The notes beneath the pieces were generated by a model. That model had not been told where the DNA came from, did no database searches, and saw only the letters and a program-made list of their open reading frames with translations. The position numbers were made by a program, and so were the translations under genes. From Lepidodermella squamata (lineage: Eukaryota; Animalia; Gastrotricha): a DNA stretch of 64,000 nt. The stretch lies in the NCBI GenBank assembly GCA_047495785.1, contig JBLDXI010000026.1:1054001-1118000 (forward strand), given 5' to 3'. Shown here in pieces: positions 13,246 through 26,692 of the stretch. Every line of letters begins with the position of its first letter. Position 1 is the stretch's first letter.

Positions 13246-13370
13246 ATGAAAGTGCCTTTCACGATTCACGATATTTGCCAGGTTTTTAGCGGCCGCTGAT
13301 GTGGTTCGCAGTGACGAATATGGGCTCGTTGCTTCTCACAATTCGATGACATATTTCACTGATTGCCGCG
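13246..13370 (+). pseudogene. Orphan frameshifted exon 1 of the lectin family
   Basis: aaatcagcgATGaaagtgcctttcacg...cgttgcttctcacaattcgatgac matches exon 1 of the paralogs, with indels and no downstream exons. Confidence 0.75.
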
Positions 13371-13871
13371 AAAAAATTCCTGAAATAGAAGCAATAAGTT
13401 CATGTCAGATTTTACGCCAGGATTATCGATTCAATAGTAATTTGTTATTGATTGCTTTTTCAAATTTTATCGATTTTCCAGTGATTTTCACGATCGGGAA
13501 CTAATGGAAATGAAAAGAATCAGCCTACAACATTTGCATGAATTTTTAACTGCCGACTCTGCTTTATAGTTGCTAGTTTCAAATATCGATAGCGCGAATA
13601 TACCCATCTCAAAACTCTGAATTTCAATGGATTTCACCGTCTATCTAATGAGCCGAGTGACGTTTTAATAGAACATTGAATTAACCTAATTTTATTGTAA
13701 TTCGAAACCATTGATAAATAAAAAAAATTTAAATTTAAATAAAATTTAAATAATTTTTATTTATCTATGGGGCGATTTGTAGAGTGCGGGCAAGCTGGGT
13801 AGATAAAAAAAATGTGTTCGGGCGGTCTGGGTAGAATAAATGAACATGTCGAATAAAAAAAAACACCCCCA

Positions 13872-14789
13872 AGGTGTATTTTTATATTCAGCCCGGCCTG
13901 CCCGAACGCAAAAAAGCAGGGCACTGCCCATGCACATTTTTTTATTCTGCCCGCAAAGCCCGACTCGCCCGTATCGTCCGCAGAGCATTCAGCAATTTTC
14001 TCTGGTTTCCCGCACTTCCCACCCAGCCCGTAACGCCCGGCCTTTTGAGACCGGGCGAAGCCGGGCGAAGAAGCAAAAAATTGACCAGGCACGCGATTTG
14101 ACAGCAAAAAATCATAAGAATGACTTATTTTTACTTAAATAACTTGAATACGCGATTAATCATCTCAGCCTACCTAAACCTAAACCATAACCTAAACTGT
14201 GATCGCTTTATACCGATTTTCCAATTACGGGAGCGATTTTCCGAATTTTCCTGGGGTTACGAAAGTATCGCTGTGAACGACCATGGCGGGCGCGAGGGAG
14301 ATCAAGTAGTCCATGAAAAACTCATCGTAACCGAAAACAAACGATTTCAAATTACAAAATTGGCATTTGACAGAGCTAATTAGTGTCAACAATCAGAATT
14401 ATCAATAGAGTAAAACGATGTGCATTAAAGTATCATCTTTTTCAATTCACTATAAAATTGCTGATTAACATGAATCACAACGCCAAAAACACGCTCAGGC
14501 GAAGTTATTTCCGGATCTGCCCGATAACATTCAATAATTTTTCCGCGTTTCCCTGCTTTCCCGCGGGAGAGTTGGGCTGTATTGCTGAATGCATTCGGGC
14601 GCCCGCATTTCCCGGATTTTTTTATTGCTTTTTCCCCGCGATTCCCAGAAAATCCTAGCTCATCCGCAGAAAAACTCGGGCAAATAAAAAAATGTGCTAA
14701 TTGCCGGCCCAGCCCGGATTTTTTTATTGTTTTCCCGTGACATCCGGCGGGCTTCCCCGGGCAAGGCGGGGAATAAAAAAATACACCCT
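13872..14789. mobile_element. TIR element with CCCG/CGGG-rich subterminal repeats; the end of a second copy abuts at ~13770-13870
   Basis: Inverted ends aggtgtattttttatatt and aataaaaaaatacaccct, with repeated cccg motifs inside. Confidence 0.6.
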
Positions 14790-15153
14790 TGGCGCCCGCA
14801 AAAGAAAAGCGATCGTTTAAGCCAATTTTTTTACACGCGTTTGGTTTAGCTCGCGCTCATATCAGAGATCCGATTAACCTGCAAAGGGCGGCCTCACATT
14901 CAGTGTACGTGTACTTGATTCAATGTAGTGCATCCATCTGGCCTTCAATCTCTCGGACGGCAAGAACCGTCATCCAAAATACGGGAAAAAGGCGCGTGGC
15001 GTGTAAAACAGATTGCGCAATCACGACACGGGTTTTAAAAAAAGTTCTCAATAAATACCGTGACGATAGGCACGAATAACCTGACATTAGATATTACGAA
15101 AACATTTAAATTCAACTTTTCTAAGAACTCCGGGCAACTTTCCCCACAAATCA

Positions 15154-18100
15154 ATGATGAATTTCGCGATATTTGTCGCGGTGTTAGCGGCTGCTGATGT
15201 GGTGCGATGTGGCGAGTGGGTTCGCTGCTTCTCGCAATTCGATGACAAATTCACCGATTGCCGCGAATTGCCTGATGGCTGTCAGCGACAACGCGAATAC
15301 CAGGTGAGTCAATAAACTCATTTTCATGAGCAATAAATTATTACATATAACGAATGTTTTTCAGCTTGGAAGCAGCGTGTCTGATCAAAGTGTCTGTTTG
15401 AAAGCGGTGGGTTTTATTAGGATTTTCTTTTAACTAATTTTAGTTTCCTAATTTTATTCGCAGACTGCTAGGCTGTGCTATCGATTCGATAGTTATGCAG
15501 CTACTTGCCGACCGGGAAGCCCTGGCTGTAGAAAAACAACCGAGGTCATGGTTCGTGGCCATCGTATTTCAGTTTTTATTTCACCACTGTCCCGATAAAT
15601 AAAAACAAAAAAATGATTTTTCGAAAAGTGACTAAAACTTAGTTTTTTAAACCAGCCTTTGATGATTTTCTAATTTTTATAAAAGGAGAGCCCTACAATT
15701 TCGGATAATATCATTATTTTCTTCATTTCATCTCAGATTGGCAATTCCTACAACAGCGCTTTCCCGTTCAGAACAAATTTGGCGAGTTGTACAACAGAGC
15801 AAAACTCATTTGCGGTAAAATTGATCTGGATAGAGATTTTTTATTGAAAAATGAATAATATCATTATTGGAAACACAGGCCCGCAAATTCGATGCGTGTC
15901 TCAATGCCGCTAACAAATTTGTAACCTGCGTTCCAAATGACCAATCGTGTCCTACTAATTCAGTAATAATTCAGTAATATCCGATATGCTATCTGTTATC
16001 CTGTTGTGATTCCAGTCTAAAAATTCAACGGGATCTTCGTTCAACGGCATGGACGCTTGCCTTCAAAGCATCGGCAGTGAGTTCGATCGATGGAAATTTT
16101 GCATAATTTTTCCTACTTTTTCCCTGGCTATAAAACCTGAGAAATAAATGTTGGAACTTGTTTTAGGCGATTACGCCGACGCTGTCAAGCCGCATATTCG
16201 CTGCTTTCATTCTCTTACACGGGAATTCACTGGTTGCCGGCCGAGCAGTTCTCGCTGTCTACCTACTGAAACCGAGGAATTCTCCACTGGTGTCTACAGA
16301 AACAAGGCCAACTGCCTATCTTGGGTAATTTTTTCGATTTTCAGTTTTCCATTATTATTAGCTTCACAGCAATAATATAGAAAATAGCGAAATTAAGAAT
16401 GTTGAAAAAATCCGAAATTTTTCATTCAAGAGAATTGAAATCCTAATTAAATTATGATAAAAATTTAATATTTTGGCTAAAATTCCTAGGGGTTTGTCAA
16501 TTTTAATTCGATGCTGGGAGGGCGTAAAATAGTCGCCGACCATAGACATAATTTAGGCTTTGTTTACTTTCCCACCGAAATTTTGAGCGTTTTTCATGAT
16601 TCAGCTGAACATCTGCGACCCATGGTGTTCCACCCTTTTCTCGTGAGTAGGCAGTCTATCCTAAATTATGTCTATGTCGCCGACTTATTCAGTGATCACC
16701 AGATGTTTGGAACTCTCTGGAATTATTCTGGAATTTCCTACTTGTTTCCGACAATTGAGGAGAAGAGCCAATACCGTGGGAAATATGGTTTTTTGAACCT
16801 CTTATGTCTCCGTTAACTTGTTTCGCTTTAAATTTTATGCCAACAAAATCCCCGTTCCATTCTCGATCGATTGGTCTAAACCCGGTCGACGACGCTATTT
16901 CACTCGGCGATGACCCATCTGGCAGAAACTAGGTCGATGATTCATCGCGCCCTCTCATGTCTAGGTCAAATTTTAGTGCGCATTTCGCACGTTAAAAATC
17001 GGCCAAGTTACCTCACAAAATTCAGGTAATTACCGCTCGCGATTGCGACATCAGTTTTCTGAGTTCAAGGCGTCATTTGTAAGATATCACTAAGAGGAAT
17101 CTTGCTGTGAAAACGGCGCTTTCATCTGATCCCAGAATTTCTTGTTATAAATGCTCAAAATCTCAGCGGCTAAAATGAACGAGTTGGTTCTGACCTGCTT
17201 CCATGTCATTTAAAAAAACGATTTTCGGATTCAGTAAAAAGTAAAAAGTGAGTTGTAGCTCAGGTGGCAAGGAATGTTCCCATGTATAGATAGAGCCCTA
17301 GAGGAGGCCAGTTTCGAGGAAAAACTCACATAGGAAGAGTAATTTCACGAAAATAAAAAATCCATCTTAAAACTAAAAAGCTGAAAATGTGCAATTTAGT
17401 TATTCTGAACCGCTTTGCGCGTTGCTAAAAGCACAAGTTTTCGGAGTTTCTCATCCAGTTTCTGTGTCTGGAATATAAATAATGAGCGAATGTTTGAGAA
17501 TCATTCGCTTCAACTCATCTAAGGAGGGATTTCAATTATTTTGATGATTTCGAAAACTGCACTTTCTATAAGATTTCCAAATAGAAATTGAGGTGACTTC
17601 TCGTGATTGCAAGGTGTTGACCTTGAAGTAAACATTATCAATCTAGCTTTGCTCTACCGAAATAATCGGGCGATAGGGCGTTCGACTGTCGCAGCGCAAT
17701 ATTTCAATGGTTTTTCTCGCTCCGCTCGAAAAATTAAAGTTCGATAGCACACTGCCTTCTCGCTACGCTCGACTCATCTCGCTTTGCTCGATCGAAAACC
17801 TTCCCCGTGATGCTCGCTTTGCTCGCGTTTCACGGCGGGGCAAGGTTTTCGGTCGCTGAAATGCATTGCTCGCTTCGCTCGCGTCTTTTAAAAAATCCAA
17901 CTTAAAAGTGTTATTATGCAAAATTACTATGTTTACTATGTTTACTATGTAGCTTCCTCTAGAGTACTATGTGAAAGAAGTTTTTCTCGATGTGAAATCG
18001 ACCAGAAGGCCAAGTTACCCCACGCCGCGGTACTAAAAGCCCTCTCTTGCGAGTTGTCATCTTTTAATCGAGTTTTTTCTTGGTGTTTTTCAGTATGTTG

Positions 18101-20155
18101 CTCAGTGCGAGACCCAGAATGGCAAAAGGTGTTACAGCACCTGTCCGACTGGCTCAACAATGGTAAGCAAAATTACTAAGAACGCAACGCCTGATTTTCT
18201 AATTGCTTTCAAAATAGTTGAAGATGTTTTCTAATTCGTCGACATTCGCCGAAAATCACGAAAGCTGCATGGCTGACTTGAGTCCTTATTTTCTATCCAG
18301 CCTAAGATATGGCAATTTCCGTAAGCAGTGGCAGCAGTGCAAAACTGACGGCGGGCGGCTGGCGACATTTGCCTCGAAAGCTGATCTATATTTGGGCTGG
18401 GTCGGAGTGAAAGATAAACTCGGCGGTGATAATCCATATGTTGGGTTATTCGCTGATTTCACGTGGGAAGATGGCAGCCCCGTTGACGTTAATTTGCCGT
18501 TTTGGAACGAAGGTGGCTTGAACAACAATGGCGAATGTGAGTATTAAACTTTAAACTCTATCCTAAACACAATTTGCCACAGTTTATTTTAATTTAACGC
18601 TATGTATAAATAGCTGAATTCATTTCCCATGAAATTGCTGTAAATGACGAATTATTAGGCGGTTTGGGGAACTATTCATTGATAAGTTCCATAAGTAATG
18701 ATAGCAAAGAAAATACCTGGAAAATGGTACAGCCAATCTAAAATGAGAGACACATGTCACATCTCATGGCCAGAAATTTATTTGGAAAAAATAAAAAATC
18801 AAAGAGAATAGATATCAAGTATATGTTACTTGTCAATGGGATTAAAAATGTCCGGAGAAATTTGGTCGAATCGGGTAAAATTACCGAAAATTACCGAACC
18901 AGTTTCCATCCCCGAACGGAAATTTATACATTATTTTCCGGGTGTTTTTGCCATTAATTTGAAATATCCCACAAATCCCTGAACAATTCATAAAATTCAA
19001 TTAATTTTTTTGTTAAACATACAGCTTGTCCCATAAGTAATGCAAGCAAGGAAAATACACGGAAAAGGGTTTTGAAACTCTAATAATGAGCGGCGAAGTT
19101 GCATTTCATGACCAGAAATATTTAGAAAAACTGAAAATCCTCGAGAATAGTAATAAAGTATGTCAATTGTTAGTGGGATTGAAAAAATTCTGGAGAAATT
19201 TAGTTCAACGGATTAAAATACCGAAAATTACAGTACCAGTTACCATCAGGATTTTTCGGGTTTTCTTCGGTAAATTCTTCATTTCTTCGGTTTACTCGCT
19301 GATAAAAGATGCGAATATAATTTCAAAAATAAGTTACAAATTTCCTACAAAAAATTGCCAAATCAAAAAAAATAGTTGCGCAACTACTGGGACATGCTGT
19401 AACTTATTAGCAGAGATGAAATTTTATTATTTAAAATAGCTTATTCGATCACTACACCCGCTGTATTTCTCATAATTCAAAATAAATCGTAATTACGTCG
19501 TGTTCTTGAGGTGATGACAAGGCCTGACACAGATAATTACTGCCTTTTAGTTTGATTTGTGTGATTCCTTGAAAAAACCTTTTTTTAGCAATTTGATAAT
19601 TTTGCTATAATTATTATTTTAATTTATTATTGCCTAGGTTTGGCTAACACTAATTACGGATTATCCGATAGAGACTGTTCGTCCCAGATGGGCGGTCAAT
19701 GCGCCGACAGTCAGGTTTGTATCGGACATAATCCAAACGTGGTTTCAATCGATTTGTTTTTTTGTAGTCAAAGAACTTGGCACTGACCGCAGTCGCTAAC
19801 AGAAGTACAACATCTCAAGCCTGCCAGGACGCCGGAAAGACGCTGATAAAAATCGCGGATCAGGCAACACATGATGCGTCTGTTGCTCAGGCGCGTTCGT
19901 CTGGTCAATGGTATGTCGGCGGAATGCGTAGAGACCTGTCGGCTTATCGATGGGTAACAGGCGTGCCATTCAACAACTCGCAGTTCAACATACTAAATGG
20001 ACCTTACAAAATCTACCACTGTAAGGCGTTGGCGCACATTACGCAGTGAATGCTTGAATTCGTTTTTTACAGGTGTCGTTTTAACGGGTGCCGATTTAAG
20101 CCACTTCGGTTGCAGTTACCGTCGTAACGCCCTTTGCGAGAAGGCTGGACCGTGA
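15154..20155 (+). CDS. Secreted Cys-repeat + two C-type lectin-like domain protein, copy B
   Basis: Signal peptide, five 4-Cys repeats, CTL motifs (QCKTDGGRLATF, YVGL, FTWEDG; second domain C..GKTLIKI, YRWVTG, ALCEK). No lesion seen in the exons I translated. Confidence 0.8.
16541..16676. mobile_element. Small P-element-like MITE
   Basis: Perfect 17-bp TIR CATAGACATAATTTAGG and 8-bp TSD TCGCCGAC. Confidence 0.85.
17690..17885. repeat. Array of CGCT(N2)GCTCG motifs
   Basis: cgctccgctcg, cgctacgctcg, cgctttgctcg (twice) and cgcttcgctcg with variable spacers. Confidence 0.6.
19022..19399. mobile_element. Tc1/mariner-type MITE; a degenerate tandem copy lies at ~18685-19015
   Basis: TA|CAGCTTGTCCCATAAGT ... 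ACTACTGGGACATGCTG|TA. Confidence 0.8.
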
Positions 20156-20539
20156 TACTCGTTGCAACTGCCGAGAACAACCAGCTTGGCAATTTTTCCA
20201 GCACAGATTCTGTTAAAACAATATTTTTAAAGATATTTTAATTTTCAATTATTTTATGAGTTTTCTCGCACACTCTATACAAAACTGTGGTAGATAACCT
20301 ATTTATTTTTCTCTTGATTTGACTTGATACAAAAATATTTATTTTATTCGCGATCATAATAACCGCAATTACACTTATAATGCATGCTTATACACTTGAA
20401 CGTGGTTATGCTTGACTGCATTTTAGAATAAATTTTAAATTTTTCAAAGAGTTTCGAACATAGTAGCTTCAATGGCTGAAATAATGACCGAACAGCGTTC
20501 GGCAGTATAATAAGTACGAATCGAGTTTTACAGTTTTAG

Positions 20540-21040
20540 ATCCAAATGAAATTCAACCTCACAGTAGACAATATGTTTCTCGAAACCACTCCGGTGAGAA
20601 GTAGAAAATTATTTTTTCCTGGCTTCAAAAGTCCATCGATCACCAATCGCGAAAATTAAATCGATAGCCTGGAAACGGTCGCTGATTTTTCTGGAATATC
20701 TTGCCTGAATATTCCCTCGGCAAATGCCCGCGTAACCCGTAAAGTGGGAAGTGGGATGATTATTACGAACTGAAAATGAGTTGACGGTGGTGGTGAAAAT
20801 GACCAATCAGCACGAATCTAATTTTACGGTTTTTTAACTATTCCAAAGACTGGAAATTTGAGCTTTATTATAAAATCCGACCTCAAAATCATTGTAGAAA
20901 ATGTGTTTCTCGAAACCACTCTGGTGAGAAGATTATAATGATTTTTTTTCTGCCTTCAAAACTCATCGATCAGCAATCGAATCGAATTCGAGAAAATAAA
21001 AATCGATAGACTGGAAACGGTTGCTGATTTGAATTCTGGA
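20540..21040 (+). repeat. Local direct duplication of ~160-bp units
   Basis: tgtttctcgaaaccactc.ggtgagaag...ctggaaacggt.gctgattt occurs at ~20574 and ~20904. Confidence 0.7.
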
Positions 21041-21603
21041 TTTTTTTAGAGAGATTTCTGTAGAATTTGGTTTGAGAAGGAACAGGATTGTTTGGTTATG
21101 TGTTTCAAGTTTATTTACAATAAAGGTTCGAAAAATCTCGTGTTAGCCGACCCGTTAAATCCTTTGTGCGATGTAGAGCTCTATCTATTAACTTATGGAT
21201 TCACATGGCCTGTTTTCTTCTGGATTCTGGACACCTTGTTATTGCCCCATTCGAAAATTAAAAAAAAAGACTGCTCGTGCCTCATCAATTTTGTTTGTTT
21301 TTTTCTCATTTAAAAAGACGCGTCCAATCACACAAAAATACCGGTTCATACGCATGTGTCACGTGATGGAAAAGTTCAGGTTTGTTGATCCACGCTCTCG
21401 AAACAACACGTCTGGATGGGCGCCTTAAAAATCCACGCGAGTGAAACGGTGGGTTTTTATTTTCTAAAAGATAATTTACTCATATTTTTATATTCTTGCG
21501 AAAAATCAGCCCATTTGAAATCGATAAATGATCTATATTTTTAGAAAATTGCGTTCGAATCCGAGATAAAATTCGGATAATTTTTGATATTATTTTTTTC
21601 AAG

Positions 21604-24600
21604 ATGCGGCCATTTTTGTCGATCCTTATTTCGCTGTTTACAGCGGGCGAAGTGGTGCAATGTGAGTGGGTTCGTTGCTTCTCGCAATTCGATGACAAAT
21701 TCGCCGATTGCCGCGAATTGCCGAATGGCTGCCAGAAGCTGCGTGAGTATCAAGTAAGTCAACAAACTAGTTTCTATAGTAGCTAACAAATCCTGATTTT
21801 TTTAAAGCTTGGAAGCAGCGTGTCTGATCAAACTTCCTGCTTGAGAGCGGTGAATTTTATTAGGAATTTCTTTTATTTAATTTAAATTTCTGAATTTTAT
21901 TCGCAGACCGCTAGGCTGTGCTACAGATTCGATAGTTATGCAGCGACTTGCCGACCGGGAAGCCCCGGCTGTGGAAAAACAACCGAGATTATGGTCATTA
22001 TAATATTTCAAAAATAATATACCATTACTTTTTTGCTTTTTTTTAGATCGGCAGCTCCTACAATGGTGCTTATCCTTTCAGAACCAATTTGGCGGGCTGT
22101 ACCACAGATCAAAACTCATTCCCGGTAGAAAAAAAAGCGGATTTTCGGACTAATTATGTAAAAATTTGGTATAACAGGCTCGCAAATTCGATCCCTGTTT
22201 TGATATCTATACCGATTTTGTCACCTGCGTTCCAAGCGATTTGCCGTGCCCAACTGATTCGGTGATAATTCTATAATATTTGATATGACATCTGTTATCC
22301 TGTTGTGAATCTAGTCGAAAAATTCATCTGGATCTTCGTTCGCCAGCTTGGACGCTTGCCTTCAAAGTATTGGCAGTGAGTTGATTCGCTGGAATTTTTC
22401 CTGATTTTTCCCTGGCTAATCTGAGAAATAAATTTCATACGTTGGTCATTCTTTTGTTTCAGGCGATTATGCCGACGCTGTCAAGCCGCAAATCCGCTGC
22501 TTCAATGCCGCTACCCGGGAATTCAATGATTGCCGACCGAGCAGCTCTCGCTGTCTACCCACTGAAACCGAGGAATTTTCAACAGGGGTCTACCGAAACA
22601 GAGCCAACTGCCTATCTTGGGTAAGCCAGTCTTCTTGTTGAAATTCCAATATGATTTTACAGCGTGTCCCATAAGTAAAGCACGCAAAGAAAATACACGG
22701 AAAAGGGTTAAGAAACTGTGAAATGAAGTCACACCTCATTGCCAGAAAAAATTTAGAATAAAAAAATTTAGAATTCAGAAAAAATCACGAGAATAGTAAT
22801 CAAGTATGTAAAATGTTGATGGGATTAAAAAAGTCCCGAGAAATTTGGTCGAATTGGGTAAAATACCGAAAATTTCCGAACCAATTGGAGTTTTCCGGGC
22901 TTTCTTGAGTAAATTCTTGATTTTTTCGGTTAAATCGTGGATAAAAGAAGAAAAACGTTCTCTCGGTGTGCTTAATTTAATAAAAAAATTAGTTAAATTT
23001 CCTACAAAAATTTGACAAATTATAAAATCGTGGCGCAACCTCTGGGACACGCTATGAGTCATGCAAACCCTTACCGCAAATAATTCTGATAATATTTTGC
23101 TTGGATGTTTCAGTATGCTGTTCAGTGCGAGACTCAGAATGGCAAACGGTGCTACAACAACTGCCCAAGTGGCTCAACAATGGCAAGTAACAATTATAAT
23201 TAAGAACCACGGGAAAAATCTCATTTTTTCGAATGCTTCCGAAATAGGTCAAGATATTTTCTAACTCGACGAAATTCGACGACAATTACTACAGCTGCAC
23301 GGCTGACTTGAGTCGATATTTTGCATCCAGCCGATTCTTAGGCAATTTCTACCAGCAGTTGCAGCAGTGCAAAACTGACGGCGGGCGACTGGCGACATTT
23401 TCATCGCAAGCTGAACTAGACGCGGCCTGGATCGTAACAAAAAGGAAAGTCGCAAGCTACCCTCCATTCATCGGCCTGTTCGGTGATTTCACATGGGAGG
23501 ATGGCAGTCTTGTGGATGTTAATTTGCCATTTTGGAACCCCCTGGCAACTGGAGTCAATGGTGAATGTGAGTTCTGAGTATTTTTTCAAAAAACGTAAGG
23601 ATCATAATATCTCATCTATAGGAAGCTGAGATAACTTGGCTTTATCAAATTTGCTGGCAAAATAACATGAAATTAGGGTTGGAAAGCTCCTAAAATGTTC
23701 TGAACCTTAGATCGAACTTGATGATAATAGTGAAATACAGCAAATTTGATACGGCCAAGTTATCCCAGCTTCCTATAGATGAGATATGATCCTTAATAAG
23801 ATTTGCGGAATATTATGATCAAAAATCTTCGAATATAACGGAACGGAAAGCCCTTCAAGTAAGATAATAAAGACGTAATTTTTATTTCTAGAAATGTGTA
23901 AGTTTGCATTTTCGCCTCGCCTCGCTGGTACAAATTATAAGGTGAACCAAATTAAACATAGGACGCCGCGGCTTCGAAACTCCCATTACTTGACCGCTCG
24001 GTGTTGCCGCCCATCCGTGAATAATTATTCCGTGCATAAGATTATATTTGATGTCCGGAAATTTAAAATATTTTAATTTAAAATTGTTTAATTATTTCAA
24101 AACCTGAACTTGTTCTTAGCGCCTTTCATCCGCCTTTAGTCCACCGACTTATAATAGAAACTTGACAGCTATATCCTTGCTATATCCTCCTTAAAACAGT
24201 TCTGTGTAGCTATCATTTTTTACGTCACAGGTTTGGTTCTAACTCGATCAGGATACATAGATAAACAGTGCTATCCTCAAAAGAAAGGACTCTGCGCTGA
24301 TAGTCAGGTTGGCAAAGCATTTTTTTGAATAAATACATACTTGAATGTTTCCCTAGTCTTCAGCCCTGCAACTGACGTCATCTGACGCTGACAGGACGGC
24401 GACGGCTGAAGCCTGCCAGGGCTTCGGAAAGACGCTGATAAAAATCGTGGACGAGGCAACATATAACGCGTCTCTTGCCGTGGATCCGCTACTTGCTGAA
24501 TTTTACATCGGCGGAATGCGTAGAGACCTATCCGCCTATCACTGGGTATCAGGCGTGCCATTCAACAAGTCGCAGTTCATCGATTTTCCAGAAGACCCTT

Positions 24601-24753
24601 CCGGAAACTTGCACTGTAAGGCGTAAACATAACCGTCATCTACCGATCAATTGTCAGACTTTGTTTTCAGGTGTCTATATATATCGCGGTGAGATGCACC
24701 GAACCGGCTGCTCCATCCTTCGTTCCGCCATTTGCGAGAAAATACAAGGATGA
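21604..24753 (+). CDS. Secreted Cys-repeat + two C-type lectin-like domain protein, copy C
   Basis: Same exon structure as A and B; the terminal exon ends ...AICEKIQG* at 24753. Confidence 0.8.
22660..23053. mobile_element. Tc1/mariner-type MITE, same family as 19022-19399
   Basis: TA|CAGCGTGTCCCATAAGT ... CTGGGACACGCT, with homologous internal sequence. Confidence 0.75.
23600..23865. mobile_element. Copy of the 47273-type palindromic MITE
   Basis: Inverted arms atatctcatctataggaagctg / cagcttcctatagatgagatat; the core is the reverse complement of ~47480-47540. Confidence 0.65.
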
Positions 24754-24929
24754 AACTCGGAGCGGTTCGATGCGCGTTTTCTGCCATGCCTCGGTCGATT
24801 TGCGATTTGCCGGAAAATATTTATTTTTCGATTCAACTTCATACATGCATTTCTTTTCGTCGTTGATAAGTGATGAAAATGTAAATAAATAAGGTTCAGT
24901 ATATTCGCTTTTGAATAAGTTCGCATTTT

Positions 24930-25650
24930 AGACTATTCGTACTTGAAAGGGATTCCGCCAATAATTGAACATTTGTTGCTCAAAATAGTTTACCTTCATT
25001 GTAGGCCGGGTTTGCAGGGTCAAAGTACAATTCTAAAAATAGCGCGTGACGTTTAAAAATAGCACTATTCTGTAACGTTATATGCGTAGCCTTATTTTTC
25101 AAATTTTTCAAACTATTTTAGAAATTCCAGTATCAAAATAACCCTGCATTCTCAAGATACATTTCAATAATCTGGAGAATTTGAAGAATTTGAAAAAAAA
25201 TTCTAACAACTAACTGCATGATCTCAATAGCGTGAATCATGCTTTGGACTTTGACCTTACGAAACCCGGCCTACAATGCTTCGAAACTGAGTAAAACTCA
25301 TACTTCACCTGGTCGGATAAATGATCTGGCCTGTGATTTCAGTCCACTAGAAAAATCCAAAAGGGTTCCGGTGAAAGGAATGAATCAGACTGTTTTTACA
25401 TCAGACCCAGCTTTTATTTTTGTTTGATTTCATTATTACAACTGAACCTTGAGCTTCCTGACCTTTCTGAAAGGTTCCATTGCGAAATCACCTAAAATGC
25501 ATCCACTGAAATAGGTGTATCCAACCAGGTGAAGTATGAGTTTTACTCAGCTTCAAACGTAAAATACTTTGAGAAATAAATTCAAAATGTAATGCTGGAA
25601 TACCTTCCAAGTACGAAGTAGTTAAAAATCGCCTACATATCCACTCTTAT
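24930..25650. mobile_element. Composite MITE with TTCGTACTT end motifs; related copy at ~49090-49430
   Basis: Internal inverted repeat ctgagtaaaactcatacttcacctgg / ccaggtgaagtatgagttttactcag, shared with ~49140-49360. Confidence 0.55.
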
Positions 25651-26692
25651 TAAATAAAGAGGACTGTTGTCTTTTATATGGCAAATTTGAGCTGGGAAAC
25701 TGAAGGAAAATGGCAAAGGCTAGTGACGAAAATAAAATTTCAGCAATAAGTTAACAATTCCAAAAATGTTTGCCCAATTTATTGCGGACCCAAATACTAC
25801 TGAAAGTGGAACAAAATATTGAATAATTAATTCGCGCCGGAAACGCATATTCCCTGGAATTTACCAATAATTTCGAAAAAAATTCATAAAAATGACAATA
25901 AAATTTGCATTAACTTTCGGCTGAAAGGAATATTTTGTCCAAATTTTCCAAGTCCAAATTTTTAGCCGCCGTTATATGACGATGCCGTTTGTCGCCTATG
26001 TTTTGAGAGCAAACTCTCCGTTGGAAATGTATCCCGACCGCGGTAGTTAACTAGAGATAACCGCCCGTCTTTCCAGCGTCATTATACACAACTGTTTTTA
26101 TCTCAATTCATAGCACGCATTTATAATGACGTCTGGCCGGGCATTGTTTTCGTTCCCATAGACCAAATAACGTTTTGTTTGCATAACAAACTGCGCCATA
26201 TTTATATCTACCAGGAAGTTAATCAAAAAGCTGGCTTATTTTTGAACTAAAAAACATCGAGATAAGAACCAGCACCTAATTTACACCCTGCGTCATTAAG
26301 TTTTCCAACACCTCTTTTTTCCCACAGGGTGCAAAATACCTCATTAAATGATTATAAATTCAGAAATTTTGGCGGGTTAAACCACATTTCGCGATTTGTT
26401 ACCTAAAGCAAATAAAAGTTCGCATATTGGCTAAAACTGGTGCACTTTGCACAACAACGCCAGACGTGATGATGTATCACCTTGTTATAACCACATGTCT
26501 ATTCACGTAGTCATCAACTTATTCAATTACATTCTCGCGTATTATTCGTGCTAGTTCAATAGCAGCGTGACCTCAACGGATGAAAAATGCCGTAGTACTA
26601 CGGCGCGGCGTCGTCATCATCGCCAGAAAAAAATCGTGATATTTAACTCACAGGTAAAACGCTAGCTTATTATTTTGTTGCGTTTAATTACA

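Noticed and set aside
13757-14658. Cluster of short ORFs
   Set aside because: They lie within a repeat element and show no protein motifs.
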